From Blastocatellia bacterium (GTDB lineage Bacteria; Acidobacteriota; Blastocatellia; UBA7656): a DNA stretch of 64,000 nucleotides. The stretch lies in contig CAVXWP010000001.1 in NCBI GenBank assembly GCA_963765495.1, positions 640,001-704,000 of the forward strand, written 5' to 3'. Below the pieces are notes generated by a model. It was not told the origin of the DNA and searched no databases. It saw only the letters and a list, made by a program, of their open reading frames with translations. A program made the translations under genes and the position numbers. The first letter of the stretch is position 1. Each line of letters begins with the position of its first letter. Of this stretch, positions 62,383 to 64,000 are shown piece after piece.

Positions 62383-64000
62383 TCATCCCTCATCCCTCAA
62401 GAGGTCCGTCACGGCTCCGAGGCTGCTGCTCGATACCAGATGAGCATATTTGGCAAGGACTCCGCGAGTGTAACGTGGCGCGGGCGGTTGCCAGGCGGCA
62501 CGGCGGCGAGATAATTCTTCATCCGAGATGTTGAGTTGCAATAGGCGCGCTTCGGAATCAATAGTGACCGAATCGCCTTCTTCGACAAGCGCGAGGCCGC
62601 CGCCCACCGCCGCTTCCGGCGAGACGTGACCCACGACCATCCCATATGTGGCTCCTGAAAAACGCCCGTCCGTGATCAGCCCGACCGAATCTCCAAGACC
62701 CTGCCCGATGATTGCCGATGTGGGCGCGAGCATCTCTCGCATCCCGGGTCCGCCCTTTGGCCCTTCATAGCGAATGATTAGCACATCGCCCGCTTTGATT
62801 GCGCCCGATAAAATCGCCTTCAGGCAGGTCTCTTCGGAATCGAAGACGCGAGCCGGGCCGGTTATCCTCGGGTTTTTCACACCCGTTATTTTGGCGACCG
62901 CGCCTTCTGTAGCGAGGTTGCCCTTTAGGATCGCAAGATGCCCCTGCGCGTATACGGGATCAGTCCAGGGGCGAATAACATCCTGGTCTTCTCGCGGCGT
63001 GTCGGGCACGGCGGCGAGAGATTCTCCGATAGTCTCTCCAGTGATAGTCAGGGCGTCGGCGTGGAGCGCGCCGTTTGCGAGCAGTATCTTCATCACCTGC
63101 GGAATGCCGCCCGCCTTGTGCAGGTCCGTAGCCACGTATCTGCCCGAAGGCTTCAGATCGCACAGCACAGGTACGCGAGCGCGTATCTCTTCAAAATCAT
63201 CTATCGTCAGCGGCACGCGTGCCGCGTGAGCCATGGCGAGCAGATGAAGCACGGCATTGGTAGAGCCGCCTATGGCCATGACTACCGCTATAGCGTTTTC
63301 AAAGGCTTTGCGCGTCAGAATGTCTTTTGGCAGAATCTGCCTGCGGAGCGCCGAAATCAACACCTCGGCCGAAAGCACCGTACTTTCGCCCTTTTCGCTG
63401 TCTTCGGCAGCCATTGTCGAAGAACCCATCAGGCTCATTCCCAGAGCTTCGATAGCCGAAGACATCGTGTTTGCCGTAAACATTCCTCCGCAAGCCCCTG
63501 CGCCGGGGCAGGCGTGGCGCTCGACTTCGAGTAGCTCTTCGCGGCTGATCTTGTTTGCGCTGTAGCTGCCAACGGCCTCAAAGGCGCTCACGATTGTGAG
63601 GTCCTGATTGTTGTAGCGACCTGCTTTGATCGTGCCGCCGTAAACAAAAATCGCGGGGATGTTCAGACGCGCGATGGCCATCATCGCGCCCGGCATGTTT
63701 TTGTCGCAAGCGCCGATTACAAGCAGCGCGTCGACGCTTGCCGCGTTCGATACAGTCTCGATGGAATCGGCTATGACTTCGCGCGAAACGAGCGAATATT
63801 TCATGCCTTCGGTCCCCATCGAGATGCCGTCGCTTACGGTGATGGTGCCGAATTCCTGAGGCATAGCGCCTGCCGCGCGCAGGGCACGGTTTGCGCGTTC
63901 GGTCAGGTCATTCAATCCCATGTTGCACGGCGTTACAGTGCTATAGCCGTTGGCTACGCCTATGATTGGTTTGTCAAAATCACCATCGCCAAAGCCTGTG
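62383..64000 (-). CDS. ilvD: Dihydroxy-acid dehydratase (5' end outside window)
   Basis: [74 protein letters not shown]; frame open to the window end. Confidence 0.97.
   Translation of the reverse strand, partial: TGFGDGDFDKPIIGVANGYSTVTPCNMGLNDLTERANRALRAAGAMPQEFGTITVSDGISMGTEGMKYSLVSREVIADSIETVSNAASVDALLVIGACDKNMPGAMMAIARLNIPAIFVYGGTIKAGRYNNQDLTIVSAFEAVGSYSANKISREELLEVERHACPGAGACGGMFTANTMSSAIEALGMSLMGSSTMAAEDSEKGESTVLSAEVLISALRRQILPKDILTRKAFENAIAVVMAIGGSTNAVLHLLAMAHAARVPLTIDDFEEIRARVPVLCDLKPSGRYVATDLHKAGGIPQVMKILLANGALHADALTITGETIGESLAAVPDTPREDQDVIRPWTDPVYAQGHLAILKGNLATEGAVAKITGVKNPRITGPARVFDSEETCLKAILSGAIKAGDVLIIRYEGPKGGPGMREMLAPTSAIIGQGLGDSVGLITDGRFSGATYGMVVGHVSPEAAVGGGLALVEEGDSVTIDSEARLLQLNISDEELSRRRAAWQPPAPRYTRGVLAKYAHLVSSSSLGAVTDLLRDEG

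Overview
Bacterial chromosomal segment. The gene families present (Oar-type TonB-dependent receptor, zinc-ribbon Ser/Thr kinases, heptamer-built palindromes) suggest Acidobacteriota, possibly Blastocatellia; this is inference. 1-15.4 kb is an envelope signalling locus: two paralogous Ser/Thr kinase-TM-FGE/sulfatase-domain genes (the second probably a pseudokinase) flank PEGA, TPR and TonB-dependent receptor genes, followed by tRNA-Ser(UGA). 15.5-31.5 kb holds mixed hydrolase/transport genes and decayed integron attC-like sites. 31.7-64 kb is a ~32 kb biosynthetic supercluster joining sulfate assimilation (cobA/cysG, cysH, cysC, sir), branched-chain amino acid synthesis (leuA, ilvB, ilvN, ilvC, cupin, leuB, cimA, ilvE, leuC, leuD, ilvD) and nitrogen assimilation (gltB; glnD, PII, amtB, porin, glnA). 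The most notable signal is the regulatory layer, which the ORF track does not show: (i) a Cys-rich leader peptide (CGICCICCC) with a complete 1:2/2:3/3:4 transcription attenuator ahead of the sulfate operon, (ii) an Ile/Leu/Val-rich leader and attenuator inside the operon between leuA and ilvB, (iii) a 26/29-identical LysR-type operator shared by leuA and leuCD, and (iv) a sigma-54 promoter with candidate enhancer sites ahead of glnD.
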